Shown: positions 50,335 through 61,809, counted from the stretch's first letter. The stretch is 64,000 nt of DNA from Desulfatiglandales bacterium (GCA_963662465.1 OY759599.1:4960001-5024000), one strand, 5' to 3'. Notes: generated by a model not told the origin, from the letters alone. Numbers and translations: made by a program.

Positions 50335-51594
50335 TCAGATCTCTTCCGGGCTGCCGATCCTGCCCAGAATCGCCGAGGCTGCCGCCACTGCCGGTCCCGC
50401 CAGATAGACGTCGCTCTCACTGTGGCCCATACGACCGATAAAATTCCGATTGGTGGTGGAAAGGGCTTTTTCCCCTTTGGCGAGGATTCCCAGATGTCCA
50501 CCCAGGCATGGCCCGCAACTGGGGGGACCAATCACGGCGCCCGCATCAAGCAACGTTTCAAGAATTCCCTCCTTCATGGCTTCCTTGTAAATGGCGGGGG
50601 ACCCCGGTATCACAATAAGCCGGGTTTTTTGAGCCGCAACACGCCCTTTTAAAATTTTAGCCGCCATTCTTAAATCGCTCATTCGTCCGTTGGTACATGA
50701 ACCGATAAAAACCTGATCCAGAGCCACCCTGTCCACGGAAGATACCGGCAATACATTGTCCGGCGAGTGGGGGCAGGCTACCTGAAGGGAAATCTCACTC
50801 ACATCGATCTGAATCGTTTCTTCATACTGGGCATCCGGATCACTATTCCAATAAGTCCATTCCCGATTTGTTCTGCCTTCCAAATAGGATCGCACCCGAT
50901 CATCCGGCTCAAAAATGCCGTTTTTAGCGCCGGCCTCCACGGCCATGTTGGCCATGGTGAACCGATCATCCATGGGAAGATCCGTTATGGCGGAACCGGT
51001 AAACTCCAAGGTCTTGTATCGCGCGCCCTGAACACTCAGTCGGCCGATGGTAAACAGGATCAAGTCTTTTCCGCCAACCCACGGCCCGAGGGTTCCTTCA
51101 TACACCAGTTTGATGGCCTCGGGGACCTTAAGCCAGGTATGACCGGTGGCCATAATCGCCCCCAGATCCGTGCTGCCCACTCCCGCCGAGAAGGCGCCCA
51201 AGGCGCCATAGGTACAGGTATGACTGTCTGCCCCGATCACCAGATCCCCCGGAACCACCAAGCCTTTTTCCGGCAGGATCACATGCTCTATTCCCGCTTC
51301 GCCCACCCTAAAATAGTGTTTGATATCATATTGATAGGCGAACATTTCCATGATTTTGGCCTGTTCCGCGGAAGGAATATCCTTATTGGGAACAAAGTGG
51401 TCCGGTACAAGTGCGATTTTTTCCCGGTCAAAAACATCCGGCATCCCCAATTCATGAAATACCTTAATGGCCAAAGGCGCTGTAATGTCATTGGCCAATG
51501 CGAGATCCACCTGAACCTGGACCAGCTCACCAGGGCAAACAGACTCCTTCCCCGCATGGGCCGCGAGGATCTTTTCCGTGATTGTCATGCTCAT
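50335..51594 (-). CDS. leuC: 3-isopropylmalate dehydratase large subunit
   Basis: DSHTCT, IGSCTNGR, CGPCLG. Confidence 0.95.
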   Translation of the reverse strand: MSMTITEKILAAHAGKESVCPGELVQVQVDLALANDITAPLAIKVFHELGMPDVFDREKIALVPDHFVPNKDIPSAEQAKIMEMFAYQYDIKHYFRVGEAGIEHVILPEKGLVVPGDLVIGADSHTCTYGALGAFSAGVGSTDLGAIMATGHTWLKVPEAIKLVYEGTLGPWVGGKDLILFTIGRLSVQGARYKTLEFTGSAITDLPMDDRFTMANMAVEAGAKNGIFEPDDRVRSYLEGRTNREWTYWNSDPDAQYEETIQIDVSEISLQVACPHSPDNVLPVSSVDRVALDQVFIGSCTNGRMSDLRMAAKILKGRVAAQKTRLIVIPGSPAIYKEAMKEGILETLLDAGAVIGPPSCGPCLGGHLGILAKGEKALSTTNRNFIGRMGHSESDVYLAGPAVAAASAILGRIGSPEEI

Positions 51595-51732
51595 TAAATC
51601 ATTACCTCCTGAGCTGTTAGCTGTTAACTGTTAGCTATTAGCCTTGAAATTTTATGGTTCTGCATTACGTACTATTCAATCCATCGGTTATCACCGGCGT
51701 TCCCCGAACGCGTCGGCGTTTTAAGCTAACAG

Positions 51733-53280
51733 CTAAAAGCTTACAGCTTCATTAGGAGACAACCTGGGATTCTGTTTCAGATATTCCAACCGGTTCAATC
51801 CGTTGACAAAGGCTTTTGCACTGGCGGTGATAATATCAGAGTCGGTGCCCTTGCCTAAAGCCACAAGTCCATTCTCCTGCAACCGCGCCGTTACTTCGCC
51901 CTGTGCATCCATTCCGCCGGTAATAGCGTTCACCGAAAACCGCATCAGCCTGGCGGCGCTGCCCGTCATCTTGACAATGGTATTAAAAGCCGCGTCGATG
52001 GGACCCACGCCAAAACCGGCGCTCTGGGCCTCTTCGTCCTTAATTTTCAATCTTACGGTGGCTGTGGGAACCGCGACGGTGCCACTAACCACGTTCAGGT
52101 AAAGAAGTTCATAAACATCGGGAACACGCAGAATTTCCTCGGCCACCAACGCCTCGATATCCTCTTCCAGGATTTCTTTTCGTTTGTCCGCCAATTGCTT
52201 GAATTTTCCAAAAAGGGTGTTCAGTTCCTCTTTTTGTAATTCATAACCCATTTGGCGCAATCTTTCATCGAAGGCGTGTCGACCCGAATGTTTCCCTATG
52301 ACCATGCGGTTGCCAGCAAGCCCTACGGTATCCGGACTCATGATTTCATAGGTCATGGGGTTTTTGAGGACCCCGTCCTGATGGATGCCGGCTTCATGGG
52401 CAAAGGCGTTGGCCCCCACAATGGCTTTGTTGGGTTGCACCACGATGCCCGTAATCATAGAAACCAGACGGCTGGTAGGATGAATCTCCCGAGTATTGAT
52501 GCCGGTGGTCAAAGCCATCCGATCCCGCCGGGTAAAAAGAGTCATCACCATCTCTTCCAGTGAGGTATTGCCGGCACGTTCCCCAATGCCGTTGATGGTG
52601 ACCTCCGCCTGCCGGGCCCCGGCTTTAATGCCCGCCAGGGTATTGGCCGTGGCAAGCCCCAGGTCATTGTGGCAGTGGACACTCATGACGGCCTGGTGGA
52701 TATTGGGCGTATGCGCCCGAACATAAGAGATCAATGCGCTGAACTCTTCGGGAACCGTATAGCCTACCGTGTCGGGAAGGTTGATGGTAGTGGCGCCGGC
52801 CGCGATCACGGCCTCAAATATTCGGCAAAGAAAATCCCGATCCGACCGGGTGCCGTCCTCGGTTGAAAATTCCACACTGTCACAGAGGCTTCTGGCGTAT
52901 TTAACGCTTTCAACCGCTTCGCGCACAACCTCATCACGGCTCATTTTCAGTTTGTATTTCAGATGGATATCGGAAGTAGCAATAAAGGTGTGGATCCTTG
53001 GATGAGCCGCTTCACGAACCGCCGCCCATGCCTGGTCAATATCATTTTTGGCGGTTCTGGCGAGGCCCGCTATCTCCACATTTCTGATTTTTCCGGCGAT
53101 CATTTGAACCGATTCAAAATCCCCCGGAGACGAGGCTGGAAAACCCGCCTCCATCACATCCACCCCGAGCTTCTCCAGCTGTTTGGCGATTCGCAATTTT
53201 TCGGCGCTGTTCATGCTGGCGCCGGGGGACTGTTCCCCGTCCCTCAAGGTGGTATCAAAAAAAATAACACGATCTTCCAT
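51733..53280 (-). CDS. leuA: 2-isopropylmalate synthase
   Basis: DTTLRDGEQSPG, HCHNDLG, HEAGIHQDG. Confidence 0.95.
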   Translation of the reverse strand: MEDRVIFFDTTLRDGEQSPGASMNSAEKLRIAKQLEKLGVDVMEAGFPASSPGDFESVQMIAGKIRNVEIAGLARTAKNDIDQAWAAVREAAHPRIHTFIATSDIHLKYKLKMSRDEVVREAVESVKYARSLCDSVEFSTEDGTRSDRDFLCRIFEAVIAAGATTINLPDTVGYTVPEEFSALISYVRAHTPNIHQAVMSVHCHNDLGLATANTLAGIKAGARQAEVTINGIGERAGNTSLEEMVMTLFTRRDRMALTTGINTREIHPTSRLVSMITGIVVQPNKAIVGANAFAHEAGIHQDGVLKNPMTYEIMSPDTVGLAGNRMVIGKHSGRHAFDERLRQMGYELQKEELNTLFGKFKQLADKRKEILEEDIEALVAEEILRVPDVYELLYLNVVSGTVAVPTATVRLKIKDEEAQSAGFGVGPIDAAFNTIVKMTGSAARLMRFSVNAITGGMDAQGEVTARLQENGLVALGKGTDSDIITASAKAFVNGLNRLEYLKQNPRLSPNEAVSF

Positions 53281-53325
53281 TGACTTTTGCTCCTTAATAA
53301 AGAAACGTCGGTAAAAAATTATCTT

Positions 53326-54900
53326 TTAGGGTTTATTTAATTCTTTCAGCAGTTTGTACTGAACACTATCCACCAGGGCCTGCCAACTGGCCTCAATAAC
53401 ATTTTCCGATACCCCGATGGTGGACCAGATCTCACGGGAATCCCTTGATTCAATCTGGACCCGGACTTTGGCCGCGGTAGCATCGCCCCCGTCAATAACG
53501 CGTACTTTAAAGTCCACCAGGGCCATTTCACTGATCTGGGGGAAAAACTTGCTCAGCGCTTTTCTGAGCGCATTGTCAAGGGCATTAACCGGGCCTTCAC
53601 CCTCAGCAGCGGTGATCTCATGTTCATCTCCCACTGCGATTTTAATGGTCGCCTGCGATGTACTGGCTTTATCACCATCCTTTTCAGTGGTCACCCGCAA
53701 CGATTCCAAAACAAAAGGCTCATCAAACTGGCCCGTCACCTTCTTGATCAACAGTTCCAATGACCCTTCAGCCGCATCAAACTGGTAGCCCTCGTCTTCC
53801 AGCCGTTTGATTTCACGAACAATTTTTTCACTTCCATAACCGTTGCCGCCCAACTTAATCCCCATTTCACGGGACTTGAAATCGATATTGCTCTTGCCTG
53901 AAAGGTCCGACACCAGAACACGCCGACGATTGCCCACCTGTTCGGGAGGAATATGCTCATAGGCTTCGGGGAGTTTCAATATGGCGCTCACATGCACCCC
54001 ACCCTTGTGGGCAAAAGCGCTTTTCCCCACAAAAGGACGGTGATTCAGGGGGGGGACATTGGCAACTTCACTCACAAAACGCGAAAGCTCCGTCAATTGC
54101 CTGAGACTTTCATCTGAAACGCATTTTTTGCCCATTTTAAAATGGAGGTTGCCCATAACCGATATGAGGTCGGCATTGCCACAGCGCTCCCCATAACCAT
54201 TGATAGTACCCTGGACCATGCTTCCCCCTTCCTGAACCGACACCAGCGAATTGGCAAGGGCCAGACCGCAGTCATTATGCGCATGAATTCCCAATGGCAC
54301 AGCTAATCGTGTTTTGACCTCCTTCATAATGGTTTCCACGTCACAGGGCAGGGTCCCCCCGTTGGTATCGCACAATACAATAAAGTCGGCGCCTCCCGCT
54401 TCAGCCGCTTTGATGGCACTAAGCGCATAAGCCCGATTCCGTTTATATCCGTCAAAAAAATGCTCCGCATCGAAAATAACCTGTCGGTCTTCATTTTTCA
54501 GGCAGGCGACCGTATCTTCAATCATGGCCAAATTTTCGTCCAGGGAAACACCCAGAATCCGAGACGCATGGAGGTCCCAGGTTTTCCCAAAAATGGTGAG
54601 GGTCTCCGCTTCGGTTTTTAAAAGGGCGCGAACATTATCGTCATCTTCCGGTTTTATCCGGGGACGCCGCGTGCTGCCAAAAGCGGTCAGGCGGGCAATG
54701 CGAAAGTTGATTTGTTTTGCCATTTCGAAAAAACGTTCGTCCTTTGGGTTACTGCCGGGCCAGCCGCCTTCAATATAATGAATACCGAAGTCATCGAGCT
54801 TCCGAGCGATTCTCAGCTTATCTTCCGCTGAAAGATTCACCTGTTCACCCTGTGTACCGTCGCGTAGGGTCGTGTCATAGATAAAGATGTCTTTGGCCAT
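53326..54900 (-). CDS. cimA: Citramalate synthase
   Basis: DTTLRDGTQGE, EGGWPGSNPKD, DAEHFFDG, AHKGGVH. Confidence 0.93.
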   Translation of the reverse strand: MAKDIFIYDTTLRDGTQGEQVNLSAEDKLRIARKLDDFGIHYIEGGWPGSNPKDERFFEMAKQINFRIARLTAFGSTRRPRIKPEDDDNVRALLKTEAETLTIFGKTWDLHASRILGVSLDENLAMIEDTVACLKNEDRQVIFDAEHFFDGYKRNRAYALSAIKAAEAGGADFIVLCDTNGGTLPCDVETIMKEVKTRLAVPLGIHAHNDCGLALANSLVSVQEGGSMVQGTINGYGERCGNADLISVMGNLHFKMGKKCVSDESLRQLTELSRFVSEVANVPPLNHRPFVGKSAFAHKGGVHVSAILKLPEAYEHIPPEQVGNRRRVLVSDLSGKSNIDFKSREMGIKLGGNGYGSEKIVREIKRLEDEGYQFDAAEGSLELLIKKVTGQFDEPFVLESLRVTTEKDGDKASTSQATIKIAVGDEHEITAAEGEGPVNALDNALRKALSKFFPQISEMALVDFKVRVIDGGDATAAKVRVQIESRDSREIWSTIGVSENVIEASWQALVDSVQYKLLKELNKP

Positions 54901-54955
54901 TCTTTTTCTCCAATATCATTCGGGACTAAATGCCCCGATATTTCGGCTTTCCGGC

Positions 54956-54990
54956 AAAAAAAAACCGTTATCAGGAAGACCTGATAACGG
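54956..54990 (-). terminator. Attenuator terminator upstream of cimA
   Basis: 11-bp perfect stem CCGTTATCAGG/CCTGATAACGG with 4-nt loop and T9. Confidence 0.9.
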
Positions 54991-55015
54991 CTGGGGGAAA
55001 ATCTGTTTGGGGCTG

Positions 55016-55147
55016 CTACGTCATTATCAGGTCCTGGCTTTTGGTTTTCGCAACCAAAAGAAGAAGAAGAAGAAGAAGAAGCAACAAGGATACGAGAATC
55101 CCTGCTGCGCTGATAATGGCGATAATGCTGTTGGGTGTCGAAATCAT
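55016..55147 (-). CDS. Branched-chain amino acid attenuator leader peptide (43 aa)
   Basis: MISTPNSIIAIISAAGILVSLLLLLLLLLLLVAKTKSQDLIMT; its 3' GACCTGATAA can pair with the terminator 5' arm. Confidence 0.88.
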   Translation of the reverse strand: MISTPNSIIAIISAAGILVSLLLLLLLLLLLVAKTKSQDLIMT

Positions 55148-55255
55148 TTTATAAATACAGTGCCTAAAAAGTCGAGCGTTTCTATAAAGGGGAACTTATA
55201 TGCCAAAAAAATTTTCTTGTCAAGTACTTTTTTTCATCTCTTTACTCAGACCGGA

Positions 55256-55422
55256 TCAGCCCGTTTTTCCAGTCAGCGCCACCACCGGTTGGCGAAGCCT
55301 TGCCGACAACTGAAACAACAGCTTTGTCGCCACCTGATTGACCTCCATGACCAACCCATAGGTTTGAGCTGTTCGCAGAAAGGCCGCTCCACCAGATCGT
55401 ATTCCCATTGGATATTGCTCAT
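55256..55422 (-). pseudogene. Type I restriction subunit HsdR N-terminal remnant
   Basis: MSNIQWEYDLVERPFCEQLKPMGWSW coupled by ATGA to rhuM, then loses frame. Confidence 0.5.
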
Positions 55423-56040
55423 GATTCAGCCTCGTCCTTATCCACGGATTCCGCAGATTCACGCTGATTTTGGGGTATGTTCAGATCAATTTGTTTCAGC
55501 ATCCTGTCGAAGTCGCTTTCAAACAGCCGGTCCTGAACAATACGGTATTTCTCAAATGCTGAGCCGAATTTCCCGGATTTCTTCCAGCAGACGTTCATAG
55601 TAGTCCTCGCCCAGGAATGTGCCGTTTTCCATGCGCTTTTTATCCAGCACATAGCCCTTGACGGCAAATTCCCGCAACACGCGGGTAGCCCACTGGCGGA
55701 ATTGCGTCGCCCGCACTGAATTGACTCGGTAGCCCACGGATATGATGGCATCCAGATTGTAAAAATCGACATCGCGGGCAACCTGTCGTGTACCTTCCTG
55801 CTGAACTATTCGAAATTTTCGAATAGTTGCCTCCGGATGCATCTCTCCGCTTTCATAGACCTCTTTCAGATGGTAATTGATCGTGTTGACGCCCACATCG
55901 AACAATGTGGCCATCAGTTTCTAAGATAGCCAGATGGTTTCATCCTCATACCGAGCCTCAATGCTCTGACCTCCCGCCTGACCGGTGAAAATGAGAAACT
56001 CCGCCGTGCTGTTGCGGATCAGTTGCTTTTTCTCTTTCAT
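55419..56040 (-). pseudogene. RhuM-family protein pseudogene
   Basis: IRNSTAEFLIF...WLS*KLMATLF (TAG at 55921-23), YNLDAIISVGYRVNS; internal deletion with frameshift to FEKYRIVQDRLFESDFD. Confidence 0.85.
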
Positions 56041-56344
56041 ACCCCACCATCTCCTTCCATAAGGGTTTCAGGAACAAAGAACTCATAATGGAAATCTGAA
56101 TTTTCATAGAAAAACATCCTCCCGACCCATTTGAGTTTTGCCTGTTTTGACACTTAATTCCAAGGGATATACCTGCATTCGCTTATAAAGAAACACACCC
56201 GAAGTCAAGGCAATGGTTTATTGTTGGAAAACATGATATAATGAAGAATATTTTTTTAAACTTTTTATCTATTGCAGTGTAAGCTGAAAATTGCAATCTT
56301 TTAAAATTTCAAATGTCTTTGGGTAGATTTTAAGAAATAAAAAA

Positions 56345-58033
56345 ATGAAAATATTACTCATATATCCTTATTTTGTTGAAGCCAGGGTCCATGAAGAAGA
56401 GGTGGGCGTTCCGCCCATGGGTCTCTTTTATGTGGGGGCTGTCCTGAAGGAAAGCGGCTATGACGTGGAAATCCTGGATTGGCACCATTTGACCAAATCA
56501 CCGGATGTTATAGCGGCGGCGTTAAAAGAAAAAAACCCCGGCGTAATCGGATTTTCAGTACTTCAAGCGAACCGCTGGGGGGCCATTGAGATTGCGCAAT
56601 CGGCCAAAGCAATCAATCCCTCGGTCACAATCGTTTTTGGCGGCATCGGCGCCACTTTCCTGTGGAAGCACTTCCTCACCCACTTTGAGGCTGTGGACTT
56701 CTGTGTTCTGGGGGAAGGGGAATATCCCTTCCTGAATCTGGTGCAAGCCCTTGAGAAAAATTCGCCCAAAAACCTGAAAGACATAAAAGGCATCGCCTTC
56801 AGGTCTCCAAAGGGCCCCATAAAAACAGATGATGCCGAACCGATCGAAAACCTGGATCATCTGCCCATCCCATCAACCTATTTCGATTATCAGCATGTCA
56901 CCTCTACCCGAGGCTGCACGGGTAATTGCACTTTCTGCGGCTCACCTCAGTTCTGGGGCCGTAAAGTTCGTTTTCATTCTCCGCGCTATTTTGTGGAACA
57001 GTTGACGCGCCTTTATAACAGGGGGATTACATTTTTCTATTTTTCAGATGATACGTTCATGCTCAAAAAAAAGCGCGTGATTGAAATCTGCCAAAAAATC
57101 ATTGACCGAGGGCTTAACATTTCCTGGTTTGCCATCTCCCGGGTGGATCTGGTGGACGAAGAAGTTCTGGTTTGGATGAGAAAGGCAGGCTGCACTCAGA
57201 TCAGCTACGGGGTGGAGAGTGGTTCTGAAAAAATAAGGAATTTTCTGAACAAAAACATTCAAACACAACAGATCAAAAAAGCGTTTAAGATAACACAGCA
57301 ATATGGCATTTTGGCACGCGCCTATTTCATTTACGGTTCCCCGGGCGAAAATCGGCGCACCATTCAGGACTCCATCGACCTCATCCATGAAATAAAACCG
57401 CTGAGCGCCATTTTTTACATTCTGGACATTTTCCCCGGTACAACCCTTTATGACAATTTTTTGAAACAATCCGGGCTTACAGATGACATATGGCTCAAAA
57501 AGATTGAAGATATCCTGTACTTTGAAACGGATCCCAGGTTATCCCAGGAATTGCTCCTTGCTTTCGGCAAAGAACTTCGAACGGCATTTCATGAAGCGGT
57601 TTCAGGCTTTGCAAAAAACATTGAACTCACAGACCGGAAGGATTTTCGTCGCCTGAACGCTGATTTTCTTTCCAGGTTGGCCATGACCTTCAGTCATGGA
57701 GACTATGCGAAAATTGAAAGTATTCCCGATAAACAAGAAACAGCGGAAAACCTATATAAAAGGTCCCTGGATTATGCACCCAATGATCGGGCCTACCTGG
57801 GATTGGGAATGATTAAGCAGAATGAAAGGGCCTTTGATGAATCCATTGCCTTTCTTAAGGAAGGGGTACGGTTATTCCCTGGAAATGATCAACTGAAACT
57901 CTGCCAGGGGATCAGTCACATGAACCTGAGGGAGTTCCAAACAGCACTTGGCTGTTTTGCGGGGATACGGGATTCAAAACAAGCGGAACCCTACAAAGAG
58001 GCATGTTACAAAGCGCTTGAGATAAGAAAGTGA
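56345..58033 (+). CDS. B12-binding radical SAM protein with C-terminal TPR
   Basis: PPMGL, TRGCTGNCTFC, YGVESGS, TPR-like tail. Confidence 0.88.
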   Translation: MKILLIYPYFVEARVHEEEVGVPPMGLFYVGAVLKESGYDVEILDWHHLTKSPDVIAAALKEKNPGVIGFSVLQANRWGAIEIAQSAKAINPSVTIVFGGIGATFLWKHFLTHFEAVDFCVLGEGEYPFLNLVQALEKNSPKNLKDIKGIAFRSPKGPIKTDDAEPIENLDHLPIPSTYFDYQHVTSTRGCTGNCTFCGSPQFWGRKVRFHSPRYFVEQLTRLYNRGITFFYFSDDTFMLKKKRVIEICQKIIDRGLNISWFAISRVDLVDEEVLVWMRKAGCTQISYGVESGSEKIRNFLNKNIQTQQIKKAFKITQQYGILARAYFIYGSPGENRRTIQDSIDLIHEIKPLSAIFYILDIFPGTTLYDNFLKQSGLTDDIWLKKIEDILYFETDPRLSQELLLAFGKELRTAFHEAVSGFAKNIELTDRKDFRRLNADFLSRLAMTFSHGDYAKIESIPDKQETAENLYKRSLDYAPNDRAYLGLGMIKQNERAFDESIAFLKEGVRLFPGNDQLKLCQGISHMNLREFQTALGCFAGIRDSKQAEPYKEACYKALEIRK

Positions 58034-58050
58034 AATACAGGCTTAACCAA

Positions 58051-59436
58051 TCACAATTTTTCAAGCCGGTACCGCAGGGAACGCAGGTTAATACCCAAGA
58101 GATCCGCTGCCCGCTGTTTTGACCCCTGAGCCATTTTCATAGCCTGCGTCACATACTCCCTTTCAATTTCAGACATCACCTCGTCCAATTGAATCCCGTT
58201 TGGATCAAAAGGTCTCATTTGGCCTATTTTTTCAGAACCAGTTCCCGTACGCAAATTCGACAAAGTCAGGCTCCCCGGCAGGACAATATTTGAAGTCTCC
58301 AGCGCCACGCTTCGCTCGACGATATTCTCCAATTCCCTGACATTGCCGGGAAAAGCATATTCCTCCAGAATTGCCATGGCATAAGCGGAGATTTTACCAA
58401 TGTCTTTTCCCATCTCCAAGGAATATTTTTCGAGAAAATGCTGGGCCAGTCGAGGAATATCGCCTTTTCTCTCCCTCAAGGGGGGGAGGACAATGGGAAT
58501 CACGTTTAACCGAAAATAAAGATCCTCTCTGAAATTGCCATTGATCACTTCCGCTTCGAGATCTTTATTGGTGGCGGCAATGAAACGAACATCAACAACT
58601 TGCACGTCGGTGCCGCCAACGGCCGTAAAGGTTCTATCTTGGATAACCCGCAGCAACTTCACCTGGATGACCGGAGATAATTCACCAATTTCATCTAAAA
58701 AGACCGTCCCCCCATCGGCGACCCCGAACAGTCCTTCTTTATCGGCCATAGCGCCCGTAAAGGCCCCTTTTTTATAACCGAAAAGCTCGCTTTCGATGAG
58801 ATTCTCAGGAATCCCCGCACAATTAATCACGACAATGGGTCTATTTTTGCGGTTGCTGCAGTTATGAATGGCTCGCGCCACCAACTCCTTTCCAGTCCCG
58901 CTTTCACCCGAAATCAAAATATTGGTTCTGGTGCCGGCCACCCGTCGGATAAGATCATACACTTTCCGCATCCGCAGACTTTCACCAATGAGCGAACCGA
59001 AATGAGACTCTTCTTTGATTGATTCGAAATTTTCATGAGGAACCACGTGAACCGATTTCAATGCATCAGCAATAATCCGCTTGAAATCATGAACCTTAAA
59101 GGGCTTGGGCACATAGTCATAAGCGCCCTCTTTCATGGCCTCAACGGCGGTTTCAGCCGTGGCAAAAGCGGAAATCAAAACGACCACGGTAGAGGGATTT
59201 ACCTCCTTAACTTTTTTCAGCACCCCCAGCCCATCAATTTTTTTCATTCGAATATCGGTAATAACCAGATCGAAGGGCTCTTTTACTAGAAGCAGACAGG
59301 CTTCTTCGCCGTCCTTGGCGCAAACCACATGGTAACCCTCCTTGGCCAACATGATATCCAAGAACTCCCGCATGCTCTTTTCATCATCAACTACAAGGAT
59401 CTTTGGTCTCTCGCTGATAGACAATCTTCCCTCCAA
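58051..59436 (-). CDS. Sigma54-dependent response regulator (PilR/NtrC-like)
   Basis: ILVVDDE receiver, GESGTGKE, GAFTGA, Fis-type HTH. Confidence 0.93.
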   Translation of the reverse strand: MEGRLSISERPKILVVDDEKSMREFLDIMLAKEGYHVVCAKDGEEACLLLVKEPFDLVITDIRMKKIDGLGVLKKVKEVNPSTVVVLISAFATAETAVEAMKEGAYDYVPKPFKVHDFKRIIADALKSVHVVPHENFESIKEESHFGSLIGESLRMRKVYDLIRRVAGTRTNILISGESGTGKELVARAIHNCSNRKNRPIVVINCAGIPENLIESELFGYKKGAFTGAMADKEGLFGVADGGTVFLDEIGELSPVIQVKLLRVIQDRTFTAVGGTDVQVVDVRFIAATNKDLEAEVINGNFREDLYFRLNVIPIVLPPLRERKGDIPRLAQHFLEKYSLEMGKDIGKISAYAMAILEEYAFPGNVRELENIVERSVALETSNIVLPGSLTLSNLRTGTGSEKIGQMRPFDPNGIQLDEVMSEIEREYVTQAMKMAQGSKQRAADLLGINLRSLRYRLEKL

Positions 59437-60691
59437 CCATTGTCAAGTCGTTTCGCCCTTTCATCATTCTTCCTAAGAAAGGGGAATTCTTACTTTTTGA
59501 AAGAATATCCCTTTCTTCGAAACGATATTCACACGCCATATCAATAATGGCCAGATCAGCGTTTTCACCTTCTTTAATTCGGCCGCCGGGAATCCCCAAA
59601 ATACCGGCGCCATTAGCGGAGAGCTTTGAAACAGCATCCGGCAAGGTAATAATCCCTTCTCTCACCAGTTCCAGCGTCAAAGGAAGAGCCGTTTGAAGTC
59701 CAATCATTCCAAAAGCCGCTTTATCAAATTCCACATCCTTCGCGAGTCGGTCATGAGGCGCATGGTCCGTGGCAATCACATCGATAACGCCATCAGCAAG
59801 ACCCTTTTTAATGCCGGCGACATCTTCCGACGTCCGCAATGGCGGGTTGACTTTATATCGTGTATCATATCCCACGAGAGATTCATGCGTCAGTGTAAAG
59901 TAGTGGGGGGTGGTTTCAGCGGTCACAGGAAGGCCCTCATCCTTGGCGCGACGCACCAATTCAACCGAAACAGCGGTGCTGACGTGAGCAATGTGAACCG
60001 GACATCCGGTCAGTCGCGCAAGAGAAATTTCTCTGTAAACAAAAATATCCTCGCTTGCGCACGGTATCCCCGGTAAACCGATCCGCGTTGAAACCGCCCC
60101 TTCATGCATCACCCCGCCTCCGGACAGATTAAGATCCTCGCAGTGTGAAATCACGGTCAACCCACAATACCGTGCGTATTCAAGTGCCCGTCTCATCAAT
60201 TCACTGTTAACAACCGGAAAGCCGTCATCTGAAACACCCACGGCGCCGGCGGCAGCTAACTCGCAAAAATCAACAAGGGATTCCCCCTTCTGCCCTTTTG
60301 ATATGGCGGCAATAGGATAAACCGCGGCTGCGCAAGCCCTTTTACCCTGTTCAATAATAAACTCCGTAACGGAACGGCAATCGTTAGGCGGATCGGTATT
60401 CGGCATACAAGCCACAGCGGAATAGCCGCCGGCAGCGGCAGCCAAGGCCCCGCTGGCAATGGTTTCTTTGTACTCGTACCCGGGCTCTCTCAAATGAGCG
60501 TGAATATCCACCAAACCGGGAATTACAATTTTACCGAAGGCATCAATGGTTGTTGAAACCGCCGTTGCTTCGCCAAAAGTACCCTTTGGCAAAATTCTTG
60601 AGATCTTTCCATTCTCAATCAATAAATCTCTGTCCTCTACAGTACCCAAATGAGGATCAACAACCTTACCCCCTTTAATTAATATTATCAC
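59387..60691 (-). CDS. pyrC: Dihydroorotase
   Basis: [21 protein letters not shown] start at 60691. Confidence 0.93.
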   Translation of the reverse strand: MIILIKGGKVVDPHLGTVEDRDLLIENGKISRILPKGTFGEATAVSTTIDAFGKIVIPGLVDIHAHLREPGYEYKETIASGALAAAAGGYSAVACMPNTDPPNDCRSVTEFIIEQGKRACAAAVYPIAAISKGQKGESLVDFCELAAAGAVGVSDDGFPVVNSELMRRALEYARYCGLTVISHCEDLNLSGGGVMHEGAVSTRIGLPGIPCASEDIFVYREISLARLTGCPVHIAHVSTAVSVELVRRAKDEGLPVTAETTPHYFTLTHESLVGYDTRYKVNPPLRTSEDVAGIKKGLADGVIDVIATDHAPHDRLAKDVEFDKAAFGMIGLQTALPLTLELVREGIITLPDAVSKLSANGAGILGIPGGRIKEGENADLAIIDMACEYRFEERDILSKSKNSPFLGRMMKGRNDLTMVGGKIVYQRETKDPCS

Positions 60692-61616
60692 TCTTTGCGC
60701 CTCCAATGAAAAGATAAAGAACCGCCATGCGCACGGCAACGCCATTGGCCACTTGGTCAAGAATGACTGAGTAAGGTCCATCCGCAACCTCATTGGAAAT
60801 CTCAACACCCCGATTCAAAGGGCCTGGATGCATCACAATCACGTCTTCCTTAGCACCCTTGAGCATATCTTCATTGAGGCAAAAAAAAGCGCTATACTCT
60901 CGAAGACTTGGAAAAAGGAGCTTGTTTTGTCGTTCCAACTGAACCCGCAACAACATTATCACATCGCAATCTTTGACCGCAATCGCCGGATCAGCGGAAA
61001 CAGATACGCCCATGGCCTCTATCCCTTTGGGAATCAAGGTTGGCGGCCCCGCAATCTTTACCTTCGCCCCCATTTTGACCAAGCCTATAATATCGGATCT
61101 AGCCACCCGACTGTGTGCGATATCCCCAACAATAGCGATTTTCAACCCTTTAATGGCGCCTTTTTTTTCCCGGATCGTATACAAATCAAGCAATGCCTGC
61201 GTCGGGTGTTCATTAACGCCGTCACCGGCGTTAATAACGGAAGCTCTCACCTCTTTTGCAAAGACATGGGGGGCGCCGCTTGAGGAGTGCCGCAAAACAA
61301 TAACGTCCGGATTCATTGCCTGAAGGTTTCTAGCGGTATCGAGAAGCGTTTCGCCTTTAACCATGCTGCTCGTTGAAGCCGAAAGGCTGAAAGTGTCTGC
61401 GCTCAACCGTTTCGCGGCAATTTCGAATGAGGTCCGCGTCCTGGTGCTGGGCTCGTAGAAAAAATTAATGACACTCTTGCCTCTGAGCGTCGGCGCCTTT
61501 TTGATATCTCTCACGGAAATGGACTTCAGGGACTCCGCGGTATCCAGAATTAACCCAATGTCTTCAACAGACAATGCCTCCATGCCAAGGAGGTCTTTAT
61601 GTTGGAATTTCCTCAC
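60675..61616 (-). CDS. pyrB: Aspartate carbamoyltransferase catalytic subunit
   Basis: EPSTRTR, HPTQ, MHPGP. Confidence 0.96.
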   Translation of the reverse strand: MRKFQHKDLLGMEALSVEDIGLILDTAESLKSISVRDIKKAPTLRGKSVINFFYEPSTRTRTSFEIAAKRLSADTFSLSASTSSMVKGETLLDTARNLQAMNPDVIVLRHSSSGAPHVFAKEVRASVINAGDGVNEHPTQALLDLYTIREKKGAIKGLKIAIVGDIAHSRVARSDIIGLVKMGAKVKIAGPPTLIPKGIEAMGVSVSADPAIAVKDCDVIMLLRVQLERQNKLLFPSLREYSAFFCLNEDMLKGAKEDVIVMHPGPLNRGVEISNEVADGPYSVILDQVANGVAVRMAVLYLFIGGAKSDNIN

Positions 61617-61629
61617 AGTCAACTCCCCG

Positions 61630-61666
61630 AAAAAAACCCTCTTGCCCGAATCGGGCAAGAGGGTTT
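61630..61666 (-). terminator. Strong intrinsic terminator just upstream of pyrB
   Basis: AAACCCTCTTGCCCGA/TCGGGCAAGAGGGTTT perfect stem with T7 tail. Confidence 0.85.
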
Positions 61667-61809
61667 CAATTGTTTCTCCCACTTGGTTCCATGACCTATC
61701 TATACATTATACGCACAGCTCATGCCTTTCAGCAACAGCCAAATGCCTATTGATGTCGAAACGAAAGTGTCCCCAAAAAAATCTCTTGAAGACACAATTC
61801 AAATTCCGA

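Noticed and set aside
54887..55600. 237-aa plus-strand ORF with poly-Lys
   Set aside because: The AAG run is the complement of the leader's CTT Leu codons.
60692..60808. Extended pyrC N-terminus in the ORF track
   Set aside because: It overlaps the pyrB coding region; GTG at 60691 with an RBS matches typical dihydroorotase starts.
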